DNA of 64,000 nucleotides, taken from the NCBI GenBank assembly GCA_976226885.1, contig OZ320317.1, positions 34,348,001 through 34,412,000 of the forward strand, written 5' to 3'. The notes beneath the pieces are model-generated. The model worked only from the letters and a program-made list of their open reading frames with translations, made no database searches and had not been told where the DNA came from. The translations under genes were made by a program, and so were the position numbers. Below are positions 60,801 through 64,000 of this stretch, in pieces. Source of the stretch: Iphione sp. A-MEVVRFRX5. Taxonomy: Eukaryota. Position 1 is the stretch's first letter. Each line of letters begins with the position of its first letter.

Positions 60801-63800
60801 CGATAATGTTTCATCTGCAGGAAGAGTGTTGTTATAACTCGAGGAAGAGAGCGTTATGAAATTGGCATGTCCTTAGATGAGGAAACCGGCCCATCATGCA
60901 TCTTTTATATGATAGAGAAGCTTAACTGCCCCTAATGCCCACTCTTTCGAATCTTGTGATTGCTGATATCATATTTTCTCCACTGAAGACTATCTACTGG
61001 TTTTTAATGCCTGAGGAAATATTATTTTAAACCAATAACACATTTCACCCGCATAATAAAACGAATTCTGACAGGTATCAGATGCGGGTATTGTCCTGGA
61101 AATTAGATGTAAACTATACAAATAGCATTGCCCGTTTTTCTGGTAGTTTACTGCGTCTGAACGAGCCTTTATCCGAAGTTATCATGCTAAAGATGATATA
61201 TGCTGTCTAAGGCTAGCTTATGATGGCCGTTCCTCGTATGAAATATTCATTTTGGCCAACATTTCTTTTGGGTTCCTGCATGCATTTGTTTCTTATTTGG
61301 TAGCTGCGGAACCCCATAGGAATTCTAATCAAAATGAAATATAAATGAAACAGTCTCGAACTGTGTTATACACATATGTTTGCGGAGAAGTACGAAAATA
61401 GCGTTAATGGAAGTAGCTCGCAGTCTACTTGTTGGAGTGGATGAAAGAAATATTCATTAAAGGCCGCATGTTATAGGTTGAAACGAGAAGGCAGTGGAGG
61501 ACTGTCACCAAAATGGCTGAATGATTAGCATTGAAAACGAAAGATTAGCATAATGCAATTAGGCTTACCAACCGTGGAAGGCAAATGAACGACAGCGAGG
61601 AAGCTCAGAAAGGAAGGTCGACCAGAGGAGGGTAAAAACGGGTAGAGAGTGGTATGGGCAAACAATAGGTAGTATTTGAACAATAGGTTTCAGCCCGCAT
61701 TGCCGAGCTGGTAACAGTGGCACTGCACATCTATTTGAGAACCCGAGATAGAGAGGAGAAGGATGAAAGAAGGGAGAGTGAGAGAGCCAAAACGGATGGG
61801 GACAAGACAGAGTAGGAACGAAATGAGGCAGTGGATTATAATAATCAGGACAAGTAAAGTGAAAAGAGAGAGCAAAAGAAAAGTCACGAAGGAAAGCAAC
61901 ACACGAAATGCAATGGAGAGATTAAAGGGATGACGGAATTAGAAAGAGACAGAGAGGCAGAACTAGAAATAGTTCTCTCTGCTCTGTCACTTCCAAACAA
62001 ATCATTTTCTGAGGCGTTTGCGCACGATCCCTTCAAAAACGCACTGAAATCGGCCCTTCTCACCTTAAAACAACCAGCTGTAGCAGCTAAAGTGCCGGTC
62101 TCAGCCTAACTCCCCGCGACTAATTCCTCCAAGGTAGAGTAAGCTGAATCCCTGGCCGTCTCTTTGTACCGTCCTATTGACACAGGCAACTAACGGGGAC
62201 GAATCGCTTGAAAGTCAAAGGCAACAGCACTTCGGCACTCCTGTTTAAAATCTGTCTCGACTTCAATGTACTTAATTTACTCTTTGCAATTTATATCTCT
62301 AGAGCTCCAATTAGTTTGTGAGATCGATTCGATCACGGGAGTAAATTGTGATTCAAAAGTGATTGAAAGGGTAAGCACGTCTGTATGTGTCTGTTCGTGA
62401 AATTGTTTGTATGCGTGTGTGGGAGGGGAGCGTGCGTGCGGTATCAGATTCGACATGGGTTTCTGTAGCCAACTCCTCTGGTGGTTAAATTAAATACTTC
62501 TTAGACAGCAGTTGTTGTACCTTATGACACTGACGAGCTACAGTAGTCAATGACAGCAATGAAACGTCGCGGACTAACTCAGCCCACGACAAATTGCCAA
62601 CCTTGTTATCTACCGCCTCGCTACCTTAATTCGCAGATACATATGTATACACTTAAAGGATTTTCATTTAACAGTCATGAACAGTGTTGTAGCAATAACC
62701 TAATAATCTTAGTTGTTTTTTTCAAATTTTAATTTTATCTTGAACAATGGAAGGTCTGTATGAAGCAAATTGCCATAGACGCCCCCCCCCCTTAATCATG
62801 CTTTTACAGAAATTTACCACTGGCCCACACGTGTTCTTATTTAAACCCCTCCTCAGATGTGATGCATTTTCTAATTCTATGCTATTTAATAGATATAAAA
62901 GTGGAGCCACAATTTCCGAGATCAATTGAGATTGTCCCTATGGCCGCTGTTTGTGACCCGATTTAGGTTACATTCAACCACTATCCAAGGTTTGCTTCTG
63001 TAGTTGCGTAGGTGGTACCATTTCGTCCTGACGAAAAACCTGTCGGTATCTTCTTTAACTTATGATTTCCTACCGGTTCGATTACGACATACCTCTCAAT
63101 TATGGAAGCATTTCTAATATTAATGATAACGCTCCGTTTTACTAATATAAGTATTTTTCAGGGGGCAGGTCAACTGGTCTTATTACTTTCTGCATGTCGA
63201 GATTATGAATACAAAAAACACTTAGGTCAGAATAAGAAAAGAAATACAGAGTTGAACAAATGAATTGTAGTTGTCTTCCTTTTTGCTCGTACAACGTTTA
63301 TCAATACCACGTTATAGTGATGCATCCTCTGACGAGAAAGAAGTGGTTTAAGTGGACAGTTGCATCCTGCCTCAAATGAAATGTGCCAAACTCCTACCTT
63401 TATTGGGGCCGAAAGCTGTCTAGATATTGTATTTTGACCAAGTGTTAACTATGTCTTCAAGCAGGGGATGATTTTCGCTCTACCGGTTTGGCAGTGTTAC
63501 TAGATGTATCTCTGGTATTTGGTCTATACTTGATTGTATGTTTCAAAGCAGGAAAAGGAATGATTCGCACAGGGAAGAAAACAATTACATCGATCATATG
63601 TACCGTCCTGGGACGTATCCCATTATCCCCTGGCCAGATTCTATCTAATTCCTTGATAATGACTGCACATACTGCGGAGTAAACAATCAGACCGAACTAT
63701 AGAACCAAGACCTGCTACTAAATGCGAGTTCAATGTTGGGAAATCGACCAGGGGTGTAGAGGGTATAGGTTCAGTGAGGTCAAGAAGATCAACTTCGAAA

Positions 63801-64000
63801 CAGATATAGATTAAGGACTAACTTGGTTTTAAATTGTGTAGGCAGTATCTCATTAGGTCTCTGTGTTTTACATTTAAAGGATAGAAGTTCTAGGCGAGTT
63901 CTCGTTATATGATGTATTTGATGCCTCCAATTGAAAGCCCGTTTAAGGTCTCTAAACATAACTGTAATGATCTACCCGGAACTGATCCTGGTACAGACAG

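Overview
Animal-type (probably invertebrate) genomic DNA dominated by mobile elements and their debris; no host protein-coding gene could be identified with confidence. The main feature is a complete, apparently very young 4,364-bp tyrosine-recombinase (YR) retrotransposon of the Ngaro type on the minus strand (13512-17875). It has 100%-identical split direct repeats (A1-gag-RT/RNaseH-YR-B1-A2-B2), and its gag and pol are in the same frame, separated by one UGA followed by C, which is a candidate stop-codon readthrough. A second, divergent, ~800-bp internally deleted Ngaro-type element (26592-27395, + strand) keeps the whole split-repeat architecture and shares cis motifs with the full element. 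The first ~3.8 kb look like the right end of a Maverick/Polinton-like element: an ACTACT terminus, five exactly spaced E-box/CCAAT modules, and an intron-containing gene that the ORF track splits in two. The rest holds decayed LINE fragments, several MITEs (pogo/Tigger-like, piggyBac-like), microsatellites and an orphan TATA/Inr first exon. All family assignments are from motifs read by eye; no database search was run.
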